Source of the DNA: Nymphaea colorata | Taxonomy: Eukaryota | Direction: 5' to 3' | DNA length: 64,000 nt | Assembly (NCBI RefSeq): GCF_008831285.2 | Contig: NC_045138.2 | Coordinates: forward strand, 27,032,001 to 27,096,000 | Shown: positions 1 to 13,600 of the stretch, in pieces | Layout: each line of letters starts with the position of its first letter | How positions within the stretch are numbered: position 1 is the stretch's first letter | Made by a program: the position numbers and the translations under genes | Notes under the pieces: model-generated | Databases searched by the model: none | Seen by the model: the letters and a program-made list of their open reading frames with translations, nothing else | Told to the model about the DNA's origin: nothing

Positions 1-3000
1 TATTGGCAAGAAGCAGTGCCAAACAAGAGAAAGTCGTCAGCGAGCGAGAGAGAGAGAGAGAAGGGCCCATAAATATTTGTAGAAAAATTTGAAGGAGAAT
101 TTCAGCCTAAGTCATGCAACCAACCATCTTAAGCATTTAAAATTCAGACCTCCTAACAGGAAGTTAGAAAAACACAAGTTAACAAACACGGGACCGTCAC
201 ATGTTGGACCTAAGTTATTATTATGAACATCCATATCTGTTGGCATCGCTTCAATAGCGTATCATATATTCTCGTCCTTCTGTGAAAGCATATTACAAGA
301 GATTATTTAAAGTGCCACTCAAAACTGATTAGAGACATGTTCAACTCCAAAGTTGGTGAAGTTATATCCGTGTGTGACTACATGTCACACACAAGTTCGT
401 CGGACGCATGGTCCACCGCATCCAAAATTCTTGATATGGTGAGCAAACCATGAATATCACGTTGCTAAAATAATTTAAAATTTCCACCACCTATACATAT
501 TTTGGCATTTGCGATCAGTGCCAATGTGAGAGTGATCAACCCGGTTAAGGAAGTGATTTCGCAGACGATTAGATGTCGCCGGGATTCTATGTCCCTGATG
601 TGGGCCGGATCATGTCGGGATTTTATGTCCCTGCTTTGGCCCGTCGGATATCTCCTGCGTTTTCAGACACAGATCTAAGATATTCAAATAAAGTTTCTTG
701 TCCGATTCCTTTCCGTTTTTTTGCCTCTTGACAAACGAAGCGTCCTTGGTTTCATGTGAGATTTCTAAAAGCATGTCTGGTTTATTTCTTTTTGGAAGAA
801 ACAATTCCCCACAAAGAATGAATCCCTTTCATCTGCACAATTAAAGAGGAGAGATCTCCTTGGTTTGTTTAACCATCTACGCGACGCTTCATCCTCAGGG
901 AGGAACATTTTGCAATTACCATCTTCAATTATCTTTTAGAGGATGCTTGGTAGGAAGAACAATTTTTACTCCAGTAAAAATTACTCGTGGAGGACGATGG
1001 CTCATCAAACACGATTAGATTCACCTCCCGTACTGTTGTTGGTATCAAAACGAAGGAAGAAAAAGTTGGCTTGGCTCCAGGAAGGTGCAACTTTTTTTCC
1101 TTGGTCGATGTCATTCAGACTTGAGTTACTGTAATATTGTTGTCTATGAACAGGTCGAAGTGAGTATTCCAATGACAAGCTGTGGTTCTTAGAGAGTGCT
1201 TTAGATATTGTGAACGAATACAACATGTTCGTTTCTGGGCATAACTTCTTCGGTGGTCCGAAGCCAAACTAAGATAGTTTTCTTCGCTTGCAACTTAGAC
1301 CTTCAATACGATATGTTTATATAGTTAATGGCTGTTCCCCTTTCTTCACGTATATTTTAACATTTGTTCTCTGCACCATAATTACTGTTCCACAGCTTAA
1401 TCTGTTGCCTCCTTTCTTGTAACCGATCTCGAGTTTCATGGAGAAGATCAACAGTCGCCGACTCTTGGCGAGGCCGGACAGCCTCTTTGTGATCATGCTA
1501 AACGGATTCTTCTTTATGTTGATTATCATTTGCATGGCTGGACTGACGTCAGTTACCACTGCAAAATTATCGCCACCCTCATAGACATGGCCCTGCAGCG
1601 TCGGCGGAGGTGGCAGAATAATAGGCTGGGCTGGTGGACCATCAGTTGCTTTTTGAGCACAGGAATGAGGATTTAACTGTACATCCTAATTCGCTTATTC
1701 GTTACAAGTCATTGTTATTATTTTTGATGAAAATGGTCGAGAATACAAGATCCATTTGCATTTTTCAACCAGCGTTTGACACGCCTCGGTTTTACCTCAC
1801 TAGCTGTGTCATCACACCAAGCCCAGAGATACAATATCCATAAAAAAAATAGCAAGTTAACTTGGGATCTAAATTTATCGTAATTTTGGAAATTTATATA
1901 TTATATTGGAATAAAAGAACAGTTAACAAATAAAGAGCCCTTACCAGTCGAATTAGATACAGTGTGGTGCCCATTGTATGGATTCGAGTCATGAGAACAG
2001 GGCCCTCATTGGTCACCACAGCAACTAGGGATCTGGAAGGGGCTAATGTAACTCTCTCTCTCTAGTTTGTTCTTGTATTTAGAGGACTTCTTATCTCCAA
2101 AAGTATTATCATTTTATTGGCTCTCTCTCTCTTTCTCTTTGTCTTTTTCATGCCTTGACATGAACACTGGAGAGAAATTAAAGAATCACAGATATCAGTG
2201 TGCCTCCTGAACAAAGTATGGCATCAAACGAGGACGAAGAGCAAGTCCACCGCGAGGACCATGGGCCAAGTTGATCTGAAGGCAACGGGAAGCTAGCAAG
2301 TGAATGATCACAAATACCATGTGGAACAGTGTATGTTGTAGTCCAGTTGATGCATATCCTTTGAAGGAATGGAGTTCACAGCTCCTGGACCAATCTGTAC
2401 CTAGAATTTATCCCTTTTTACTGGAATTAGGATATGTGATTCTACAATTATTTAAATAGGAAACCTTACGAGTTACTTCATTTTAAAATCACAGCTTTGG
2501 GAATGCGCCGATGGACCTTTGCACAGCGCATTGAGGAGCTTAAGGTTCGGTGGTAGGGACTGGCCCCAACAAATAAATTATTAGTATTTGGCGTTTGAAT
2601 TGGGAGATGAACAATTGCATTAGATGCAGTCCTGCGGAGAAAAAGGTAAGAATGACCAGCGAGTAAAACCCACTGCTCCGAATCTTTTAACTCGCATGAC
2701 TTCAAACAAATGGAGAGATATGAAGATCACGGCAATGCCATGTAGTCCAAACATTGTTCTAGCATTTTATAGGGCACAACTCTGCCGGCCATGCTTGACT
2801 GCAGGTTCGTGAAGTTCAGAGGACCTTTACTTTCAGAACTCAAAAGAGCCTACAGGACAGTCTACTTTTATACTATTGGGAGCGCGACTGTAAGCATTCC
2901 CTTAAAATTGATCGACGAAAGGGAATTCAAATTGCTTTCGGCTTGTGGTATGTTGAGCAGAGATACTATTTCGAAACTCTATTCTGATGACAATTTACTT

Positions 3001-3106
3001 CCTCTAACAAATACAGGAACTATAGATGCCATTGCAATTACAGAAGGAGATGAAAGGAAGAAATGCCTTCTCTCCTTTCACCCAAAAACAGAAGAAAAGA
3101 ATTTAA

Positions 3107-6100
3107 TCATGCCCATACTGCAAGGAGCGACATAAGACTCGCACCAAGGAAGAGAGTGAAGTAAGACAAAATTTGTAACCGGGTGTTGCAGCTCATTTTC
3201 TTGCTCAAAAAATCCGCAGCTATCAGATCTACCAGTGCCATGTAGATCAAAATGCCTGCCGAAACCGAATCCAAGATCCCTTCCACAACTAGTGCCCTAG
3301 GACTGTTAGGGTTGTAAAAGGATGACAGCCCTATGCCGATACTGATCCCCGCTGGAGTTGTGATTGCGAAGAAGCAAGCCATGATTGTAGCAGACAATGT
3401 ATTGAACTGAGCCTGCAGATACAAATTTAGTTAAGTTTCCTGCACCATTTTGCTCTAAGAAAAGGAAAAAACAAAGCATATCAAACGGTGATATGAAGCA
3501 GCATAGTTTACACTACAGCAGTGATCCTTTCTTCTTTTCCTCTTCATTACAATTTCAACAAACATAAGAGGAAACTTACTAATGACATCAGACTTGGATG
3601 ATTCAAGAAGAGAGAACACTTCGGCAGATTGCCAAAGAAAATTAGGTGGGAGCTGTATATACCTATGGATCCCCACTACCAAACTAAGTCGGCATGATGA
3701 GAGAAAAGGAGACAGCTCAGGCAGTAGAAACCTGACACATTTCCCAAAGGAGGAAAAAGTGGCATAGACCTCACAACAGTAAGAAAATTAGAATATGGAG
3801 AAGCATGAAAGGCCGCCCTTACAAGTTTAAAAGTCATTGGAGACTACCGACCACTGTCCACCTTCAGCAATCGCAACTATTGCTTGGTGGAGAAAAAGAT
3901 CAATCCAACCATTTTCTTATAAATGCCCAGACTGGAGAACAAACGGAATCAGAATAATGCGAGCAAAGAAGAATGTTCATCCGGGACATGGTTTCACAGA
4001 TCACCAACGAAAGACTACTAAAAATTTCTGAAAATGGCTTGTGTTTAGGCGATCATAGACACAATAACGAGCAAAAGAGAAAGCATGGTGAATGATGTTT
4101 GACGTTCACATCAGCCACCTGGAGAGATTGGGTCCTAAATGTGATATCTTGGGAGATTTGGTTACCCTTTAATTCATGTTACTCTAACACCGAAGAAAGC
4201 CAAAGCAAAATCAAGAAAGTTCATCCACTCAAGGAAATTAGGCTCTTGGAGATCGTTCCCATCTCATACATGGTATAATACGGTAACAACAGGAAAATGA
4301 ATTGCATTCTACAACGCAGAAACTGAAAGGGTTCTTCGTGCTCGATGAGCTGATTTTCAAACATACCTTCTTCTCCTTCCCCTTATCCATCATTCTTTCC
4401 TGTCCTTATGCTAAGAAGGATCTATGCAAGTCATTCATGTTTTCTCAAAGATGCATACATTAGAAAACAAAAAGGGGAAAGAAAGAGTCTGTCCTAACCT
4501 ATAGATTATTGCATTCCCAATACTCCTAACTTGAGCAGCCACGGATTCCCAATGCTCCTAAGCAGCCATGAAGTCAGCCACACATTCTCCTCTTTCACTA
4601 TTATTTCACTTGATTTTGATCCCTATATGAATGAACAATACTCCCAACTTGAGCAGCCATGGATTCCCAATACTCCTAACTTAAGCAGCCATGGAGCCAG
4701 CCACACATTCTCTTCTTTCACTATTATTTCACTTGATTTTGATCCCTATATGAATTTCATATGTCAATTTAATGAGGTTCCTTTCCTTCAAATGACTCCA
4801 ACGTACATGAAGGTGAGAGACAGTACCATAAGGGTGTCTTTTGGAAGCACAAATAACTACTGTAAAGATGTAAGACGTAGACTCCTGTCACACAAGGTGG
4901 TAGAAGGTAGATATGATTTGTGAATATGACACTAGTCGTTGCGCTTATTATGGTCGAACGCTTCTGCAGAAGGATAAAAAAGACACTCGTCCCAAATTGC
5001 CAATGTCAACAGAAAAAAGCATCCTCTCTGTAAAGATGCTAGAGGAAAGAAATGCTGAAAGCTAAAACCAACAGATAAAACTTAAAAGCAACAAGTCACA
5101 ACAAAGCAAATGATTTCTTAATAGTAGAGGACTGCAATCAATCTGCTAAAATCACCCGCTTGAAAAGCAAATAGCCACCAAATTTAAGAAAAAAAAAATG
5201 CAGTTGTAACATTTACCTGTGAAATGCACCCACCAAGGGCAAATCCTTCAAAAAACTGATGGAAAGACAATGCAGCCATGAGAGGTCGGATGGTGCAGGG
5301 ACTCTGAGATACCCCTAGGGACAATCCGATGATCACCGAATGTGATACAATCCCCAGCTCCAATACCTTCAAAACAAAATCCAGCACAACTGTAGCAACA
5401 TCAGAAACTAACAGTTGACAGAAACAGGATTGGACTCGGTTGATTAGGTCTGATCGTGGATGTCTCTTCCGCTGCTATGATGTGGGTTGTTGGACAAGGG
5501 AACGATCATATTATTTTTCCAGATCAGACAGAAGTCGGGCAAGTATTCCACTTTGTACGGCAAGGATAATGAATAGTGTTCAGCAGCATATAGCTGATGG
5601 GCTGGTCTATTATACTACTGTCACAAGGATGTAGAAGTTCTTGCATGATACATACTCACAGGATAACAATGTGAGTAGGATTGTACAGGTCGAGTTTGTT
5701 TCAGAAGCAAGATTTGCCCAGAATTCTAAAAACAGTAGTTTAGAAGATATCACCTATTTCAATAAATATCCTATTTCTACGCTTTCCTAAAGAAAAGTCT
5801 TCAATTTATCACGAGATATTTCTTTATGAAATTACCGAATTCGCCATTTTAAGAAGTATCTATGAAAATCAGAATGAAGGAAAAAAAATCTTGCCACCAA
5901 TGCTGGAACCAAGATGTAGTTCCAGCCGAAGAGCTTCATTCAGCCGCTGACCTGAGAGACGACGATGTGGCGTACGTGTGAGTCGGCTTCCCCATGTTCG
6001 TGCGTATGAGCGTGGCCCACCAGCTTGTGCATGTGCGGATGCGTCCGGTCCTCGCAGGAGTGGTGGCCGTGTGGGTGGCTGTGCTGGTGCGACGCAGCGT

Positions 6101-6988
6101 GTGCGTGCATCCCCACGATGTGCATCCCCTGCCCCGCCCCGAAGCCGTCACCCTCAGCCTTCGCCTCCGCGTCGTCCACCACGATCCCAGCTTCCTCCGC
6201 CAGCAGAGGAGTCGCGGCACTACCAGAGCCAACGTCCTCCCGGGCGGCGTGCTTCCGCTCGTAGTATTGCGTCCCGATGAAGTCGATGACGAGCGTGGCG
6301 AGCGCAGCGGCCATTGCAACGAAGCCGGAGAAGGGGAACTTGGACCAGGGCACCTCCGGAAGGCAGGGGTCCGTTAGCGCCTCCTCGGCGTCCGGGAGCA
6401 TGTGGACGAATCCCGTGGCTAGGATGACGCCGGCCGCGAACGCCTTCGCAGCGACGAAGAGATTGCCTTCCGTCGGGATTAGCCGACGCTTCCTTCCAAC
6501 CAGCGGCAGCGCCACGCCGGCCGCCCCCGCCACCAGAATCAGGAAAATGGCCACGCTCTTCAGCCGCAACGCCGCCGCCTTGTCCCGGCACTCCGTCTCA
6601 AGATGCGACGTCCCGCAACTAGTCCCCGACATCGACTCCGCGATCGCCTCTGCAAATTTAACCGCCACCACGATCACATCACAATCAGCGAAGTCCACTA
6701 ATGAATTCAAGAATGGAAAAATAACCAAAAATGCCTCAAAAGAGTCTATATGAGCGCGTCAATTGCCTGCGAGTACGTTGGTTTTGTTCCACAGAGATGC
6801 GAGCGAAAAACCGAATCCCAACTCGCCCATTTGATCCTGAAATTCACAAGGTGTTAGACTCTAAAAAATTCTCGATCCCCATTTAAGAATTCATCAAAAA
6901 AGAGGAATTCAAGCGCTTCATCCCCCCACTGCTCATCTGAGAACAAGATCGCACGGAGAAAGAGCAAAAGCAAGGGAGAGCATACCAT
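3107..6988 (-). CDS. ZIP4: ZIP-family zinc/iron transporter (ZIP4/IRT3 clade). Proposed exons: 6988-6986 (ATG only), 6836-6767, 6649-5952, 5366-5217, 3412-3107
   Basis: Translation contains [33 protein letters not shown], a His-rich loop, [35 protein letters not shown] and [15 protein letters not shown], ending LLAVWA*. The last three exons have in-phase GT-AG borders. The two small 5' exons are inferred and less certain. The symbol is a clade-level call. Confidence 0.93.
4513..4754. repeat. Tandem duplication (~120 bp x2, with internal ~28-bp subrepeats) in ZIP intron
   Basis: cagccacacattctc.tctttcactattatttcacttgattttgatccctatatgaat occurs twice. The caatactcctaactt.agcagcc motif recurs about 4 times. 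Confidence 0.85.
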
Positions 6989-7168
6989 GGTGGTCTGCTT
7001 TCGTCTGAATCTGCGTCCGTATCAAGCCAACAATACCGAAGAATTAATAAGAGATATAGGCACCAGAGTCTCGCCACGCGCCTTTCTCCACCCTTCCCCT
7101 TTCCCCTTTTAACATATTCGAATCCATTCCATTCGGTGGGAGGGGATCCCCTGAAAAATTACGTGAGG

Positions 7169-7178
7169 ATGTCGACAT
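7169..7178. promoter_or_regulatory. Zinc Deficiency Response Element (ZDRE) ATGTCGACAT
   Basis: Perfect match to the palindrome RTGTCGACAY (bZIP19/bZIP23 site), about 180 bp upstream of the proposed ZIP start codon. Confidence 0.85.
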
Positions 7179-7320
7179 TTTGAAATGGAGCGGCCGCCCA
7201 CTCTCCCGGGCCACCGCTTCCGCCATCTCCCATATTGACCAAAATGGCCTGTCCCTGTGGCCGCCTCTAGCAACGAAGGTTCGCTCCCAACGAAGGACCG
7301 CCTCGTCATTTCGGACATCC

Positions 7321-7330
7321 ATGTCTACAT
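7321..7330. promoter_or_regulatory. Second, one-mismatch ZDRE-like element ATGTCTACAT
   Basis: 9/10 match to RTGTCGACAY, about 150 bp upstream of the perfect copy. Confidence 0.5.
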
Positions 7331-9229
7331 CCTTCCCCTTCGTGACTCCATCGCTCGGCGGAAGTCTGCCGCCTCGGGATGTGCAACTCTGAGACGACAA
7401 TCCGTTTCGGGAGCTTCAACTTCAAACTCGGAGAATCTTAAATCCCAAGAAGAGACATGAAAAGACAGGGGCGAGCAGATGCTAGCTTAAACCTTTCAGA
7501 TTTGGATTCCTCAAACCCCGTTAAGTAAAATCCTGAATGACATAGATTGTTTTACTGTCAGAAAATCCACAAGATACTTGAAACTGAAATTTCCATTTTT
7601 GCTTATGTTCTCTGGATTTTGTTTTTTCCACTGAGAACTTGGTTTCTCTTTAGCCATTTCTGGAATTTAATTAACTTCTCTCCCCGGTAACATTCCATGT
7701 CTCCATATTAACATCATGTGGCTGAAGTGAAACATACCTCTTATAGCTCAGAGGGATTCAGATTAAAATAATTATGTGATCTTCTTTGATGACGAAGAGG
7801 GGCCAAACGAGTTCATCATTTCTAGCGAAGTAAATCCAACACCATAAGAAAGCTTATAGATTAGGAAATCTTGGGTTTGGTTAACAAACTTCTCTTCAAT
7901 TTCCTTCTCCATTTCCCTTTCAATAGTGAGATTGTAATACTAATTTTTAGGCATCAATCCCTTTGTTTTAGTCTTTCCTGCACGAAATTTCCTCCTCCCA
8001 ACAATAATTGAGAACCATAACGATTTCATGTTTATCCTAACAGACGTGTGATTGACCTCGATGCCCATCCCCTCAAGTTGTGTATTTATGAACTTTTTGC
8101 TCCTAAAATATAGTTCAAGTATAAAACTCTTAATCAAATAAATATGTGTGTGTGTGTGTGTGTGTTGCATAAGTACGTGTGTGTTTGTGTTTTGGAAGGA
8201 AGTGTTGATGTTTTCCATGCATACTGGCGATGTCTGTGTTGCCCGATCTGCATTGTGGCATGTGCTTGAGGAGATAGATTCTTCCCGTATACATATTATA
8301 TACCCATGCATGGTTGTATCTTTGTATGCAATAAAAGAATTAGTAGATCTATTCCGCCAAAAATGGAAATGGTCTAAGGTTATAAACTTATAATCATAGA
8401 ATAGATTTCATCATCATCAGATTATATAAGTTCATTCCATACAGAATACGGTTATGTATATTCTGATTATGTTATAAGAATGGATCGTTTAAACGTATCT
8501 AAATATATACAAATACCTATCGTTGTGACTTTACATTCCATTTAGGATTGAGAAGAGGCGTACGTGCACCCGCTTTTGACATTTTTATTGTTATTTTGGT
8601 ACTACATTCACTTCCATATGCTTATTCCATTGAATCGAGAAATAAGTTTGATTATACATCTTAAGAACCGCCAACAATTCAAATCAAAATAATTTGATGT
8701 CTGCTCAACGCTATATGACGTGAACGATCGATAGAAATACTCCATCACTCTATGTTTATGATATATTCCACATATCATGCCATATATATAATTTTTTTCT
8801 ATGAAATTGTTTTTTTTGTTTATTATACACAGAAGGTGCACACAAGTTGAGAGATAGTTCATTTAATAGCGAAAAATTTAGAAGATAATGCTGTCACTCT
8901 CAAAAGCTTATGCGTGCTTCAACTTGTGGAGAGCGCTAACGTTCGTAAGGTAAAGAAGGCAAGGTGTTTACGTGACCACAGGCTGTATCCTAAGGTCAAG
9001 CACAAGGGTCGTCTGCCACATGTGTTGCAGAGTTCAGACCAGGCACACTTTCCAAGTGAATTTTTGTTCTTATAGATTATAATAACGCCCAAGAGTCTAC
9101 GGCTCCATTATATTTATGTGGATGAGCCGCCGCCCTTGACGTCAGTGCCATTTTTTTTTAACTCACTCGTGCATGTAGGACCCAAGTCATGCAAGTGGGA
9201 ACCAACTCAATCTTGAAATCAACTTGACT

Positions 9230-9490
9230 TCCACTCGGCTGGTTTAATAAACGGGTTGAGCTCGAACTTGAGTTGCATGAGTTCGGCTCATTTAAACTCA
9301 ACTCTGCTTGTGTTTTTCCTATTTGTTAATCTTCAAAGGGATGTTAGTAACTTTTTTATGAATTTTAACATATTTTTGTAGTTTTCGTTTTTATTTAAAG
9401 AAAAAAAAATCGAATGACACTCGCTTTTTACCGAGTCGAGCTCGAGCTCACCTCATAAACCTCGAGTAATATGTGGCTCGAGCCTTTCTC
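9230..9490. mobile_element. Probable non-autonomous DNA transposon (MITE-like) remnant
   Basis: Clusters of gagctcga/ctcgag motifs at both ends flank a very AT-rich core. TIRs and TSD were not identified. Confidence 0.3.
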
Positions 9491-10619
9491 GTTCCTAATC
9501 TTGCCTGACTTTTAAATACAAGATAAATGTTGTTGTTCGGATAGATTTCGGCAGCAATATGTATCGGCCGATACGCCCCCGTAAATAGAGTAGGGAAAGG
9601 TGGGGTTGATGCTGCGGCCCCATGCCTCGGCATCGTCTCGGTCTGGCTCTTTTCCATCACTCTTTAAGACCCAGAAGACAAATCACATTGAATGCTGGCG
9701 ACGACAACAGAAAGACGCAGAAACACAAGGCAATTAGCCAAGTTGCCTTAAGGCTTGACTTGAACACCAATGACGTGAAAATGTTGAAAGGAAAGGTTGG
9801 TTCTAGACTGCGAAAATCTGGATCCCCATGTCAACACAATGGCGACATGGCCAGCCAGATTCAGACAAAGACAGTAGACCCTTCTGGCTGGCCGGTCCGT
9901 TGATGAGTTCCCAGATCCGTATCTTCATTTCGTCGGGTCGAATTGTTATTGAATCCGAATCTAGTACCAAATTCAGATTTGAGTTTAGGTATGAAGCTGC
10001 ACGCTAATCCGATTATTAAGTCAAAATTTTCATTAGATTTAACTAAACGGAATTGAAATCAAGTTGGTAATCCAAAAAACCCACAACCGTTTACATCCTT
10101 GCTTTTCAGTGTCGGGTTCAAGTGGCTAAAAGTGAGGAGATGTTCAAACATGAGTGTCTTCATGTTCCAAGAACAGTTTTTGCATGGAGCTGCCTACTCG
10201 TTTCCCTGTTGGAGGAATATCATCATCTATCCTAGTTTCCATTTCTTATTTGATCTCTGAGTCATTGACAGCTAAACATGATATGGTAGAAAAGGACATG
10301 CACCACTTTGAATAAAGATGTAAAACCACAGGAATTGATGCAAACAGCAGATTACTGTTGTCGTTTGCCATGTCCAGTAAGGTACGGGAGATTACAAAAT
10401 ATGAACTTCACAAGGTACAGCTGAAGATACAAGCGGGAAACCTGGATTGCTAGGATGCACTATTATTATAGTGGGAGTTCAAATTTGAACCTCGTATGCG
10501 AGGCAAAACAAAGGAATGGGACCAAAACTGATAACGCAAAAAGCAGATGGTAATACTGGTCTTTTGCTGTTCAGCTGAACCATAAATCACAACCTCGTTG
10601 GCCTTTTGATCTCCATGAC

Positions 10620-13600
10620 TCATCGGTTTGGATCAAATTCCTCAAATCCCTTCTTGAAATCTTCAGCCATCTGGATTTCTTCATCTTTGCTAAGTTTACA
10701 TTTCCTCCAATCAGCTCTATCTTTCTGGTTCAGCACGCCTGCTAGAACCTGCAGTAACATGATATTTCTAGCTGATCCTACAGTTTCATTAAGAAAATAA
10801 TGATAGAGAAAGAAACTGAACCGTCTAAAACCTTCACACCTGAATCCAACTCTATAGAAGCTCAGGCTAATTGACCGGACACATGATTGAGGAGCTGATA
10901 GTTTCCATTTGGTATCAATAAAAAAATAATTATTTCCAATATATGCAAACAGAAATAATTACCTCGCGACCAAATTGGACAGGGAATTTCTCATTGTCCC
11001 CAATAGAATGGGAGAGTATTGAACCTTCTGCAAGTTCTAAATAAAAGAAGCTTGAGCTTCTGTCAAGTTGTGACCTCAATTCTTGTCTAGCATCAACCTC
11101 GGAGGCTGAAACAAATGGAATTTCTCAGCAGGTAAAGATGTGCATATTTTAACTTTAAACAAGTACCCCTTCACAGTCCACTTAAATAACAGAACAACCA
11201 GCAAAGAATGACAGATAAAGCAACTTACTTGGCATGTGAACTGAAAACTCAAACCCTAATTTTTTTGCAGCTGAAATAAAATGTTGCCGCACCTCCGATG
11301 CTTTAGATAATGGCAGAGGAACCGCCTGCAGGCAAAGAGTAAGTTTGCATTTGTTGATTTATATGCTAAATTTGCACTTCTATAACAAAAAAAAAAGCTG
11401 GAAATGATTCCTTGATAACAATCTAGAGAAAGGAATTGTTATGATTTATATAGAAGGTAGGTACTTCCTCAAGTTCCAGAAGTGCAGGGTGGAAATCAGT
11501 AATTCTTAATATGCAGCTATTTTGAAAGTACATTTTGATGGAGCGTATGAGACTTTATATGCATAACAAAAATCATGATTTTAAAAAATAATAATTCCTT
11601 TTCTTTCATAATGTTCAACGAAAAGAAGGATATCTATCTGGCCGATTCCAAATAAGTAAACTCTGAGATCATAGTGGGTTCAGATTTTTCCAGATATGAA
11701 AAGTAGATGAAGACAAAGAAAAATATGACAGGGAACAAGCTTCTCTAGAACGCAATACCAATTGATAGCATTGATTCAAAAATTGTAGAAGCAACGTTAC
11801 TCTTTCTACCTGAAGGTTAGCATGAGTTGTTCTACTGGGATTTGAGATGAACTCATACACTATTAACGCCATGCCCCGACTCCGGAAATATGCCTTAATT
11901 GCACTTTTAAACTTCAAAAGTTCTACCTCAGCACCTTCATGAACTAACAGAGTATTGTGAACATGTTCAATTGGTAATAAAAGCACATGGTCTTCAACTA
12001 ATGGGCCCTTGGCCAGTGCACAATAGAAGGCATCTCCAACTGAAAGTATAAGGTGTGATTCCAAATTGGGGCTTGACAAGCAGAACCAACAATGACTTGA
12101 CTGACTACTCAAGCGCCCACCTTTTGCTCCAGTATCAGCATGATCACCATGCCTAAAAACACATCCAGCGACATTTACAAAAAAATTAGAAGCAAAATCA
12201 GCAGTTTCTCAAACATAGTTGTAACATTTGATGAAGAAATCAAAACAGAAAGAAAAATGAAATTTCTAGAAAAATCCATGCAGCAGATTCCCACAACTGC
12301 ATATGCCAATCTCCCTAAAGCCATAAACCAGGAAACAATGGAAAGAGTTTAATCTTCCCAAAGTCATGCAGACAATTCACTTGAGATACCTTGGATTTTC
12401 GTCAGATAAGCTATGGCGAAATTTGCATTCTTGACCCCGTTCACACTTTCCTTTGATAATGAAGTCAAAGCATGCACCTTTAAAAAATTGTTCTCGAGCT
12501 TCCACATCATGATGGAAGTCGCACTTCTCTCCTCGAGAGCATGACCCTGTAGAAACAAAATTGAAACAGACTCTTTTACCATCTTCAGTGTCGGATCTAC
12601 GCCTCTTACGGGAAACATCATACCGCCAATGCTGAGCATCATCTCTAGGTCTCTCCAGTTCTTTCACACAAATATTTTGTGGTTCAGCAACAGTGTATGG
12701 TGATAATGTAGTATTTGGAGGAGCAGTGCGAATTTCAGCATCGGACATTTTACATGCAGGGGTAGGAGAAAGTGCATGTATAAATTTCTGGATTCAGAAG
12801 AATTAAACCATGAGCTAGGGAGCTTTCGAGCCAAATTTTCTGGAACTATCAAATAATTCAGACAGTACAAAGGACAAAAAAATCACAAAATTTCCAAACA
12901 GAAGTTCTTTTGAAAAAAAATAGTAATAGATTAAGACATAGTCACATAACAAATGCACTTGACAGCCAGCTAGAGGGAATACAAAAAAACATGAGCTGCA
13001 GATTCAAATAGTTCGAGAAAAACCTTCTTAAACATGAACCATTTGCACAACAATCAAGAATGAGTTTATTCATAAGCAAACATGAAGTGTGGACATGCCC
13101 TCACAAATTGCAGTCGCTATCTAATTTAGTGATGTAAGAGAGCACAAATCCACAAACATGCATGGCATAAAGGATAGCAGCTGATGATGAAACTTAAATC
13201 TGCCTTGAGGTGCACAACTAAGTCCTTTTCCCATTCTTATGAGAATGTTTAAAAGGTTAGAGGAAGCTTGAGCAGACATATCTTGAGACAGTTGGAAGCA
13301 ATACAAGCAATAGAAGGGTAAAAATTCACAATTCACTCAAACAGAAACTTCCTGATGACTGTTTTTCTGTTTCCTCCTAGAGGCTCAGACTAGACCATGT
13401 GGTGCAGAAAAGGAAAAAAGGGGTCGACCGTCAACAAGGACTTGAGAAAAGTTGTCATTCATTTTTTGCATGCACACAGCTTCAACTAAACGAAGCTCAA
13501 ATTCAAAGTTAAATGGCAGACTTTTTTAGGAGCTTGAGAAAAAAATCATTATTTCCATTTTTCATTTTAAGCAGGTGAAAGAAGAAGGGGAAAGAATCAG

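Noticed and set aside
4531..4923. 130-aa ORF with an internal repeat
   Set aside because: Arises from an intronic tandem duplication, has a non-ATG start, and shows no recognisable domain.
5936..6753. Multiple overlapping 80-160 aa ORFs on both strands
   Set aside because: Shadow frames of the GC-rich ZIP exon.
7044..7460. Several ORFs upstream of ZIP
   Set aside because: GC-rich promoter containing the ZDREs; no recognisable protein.
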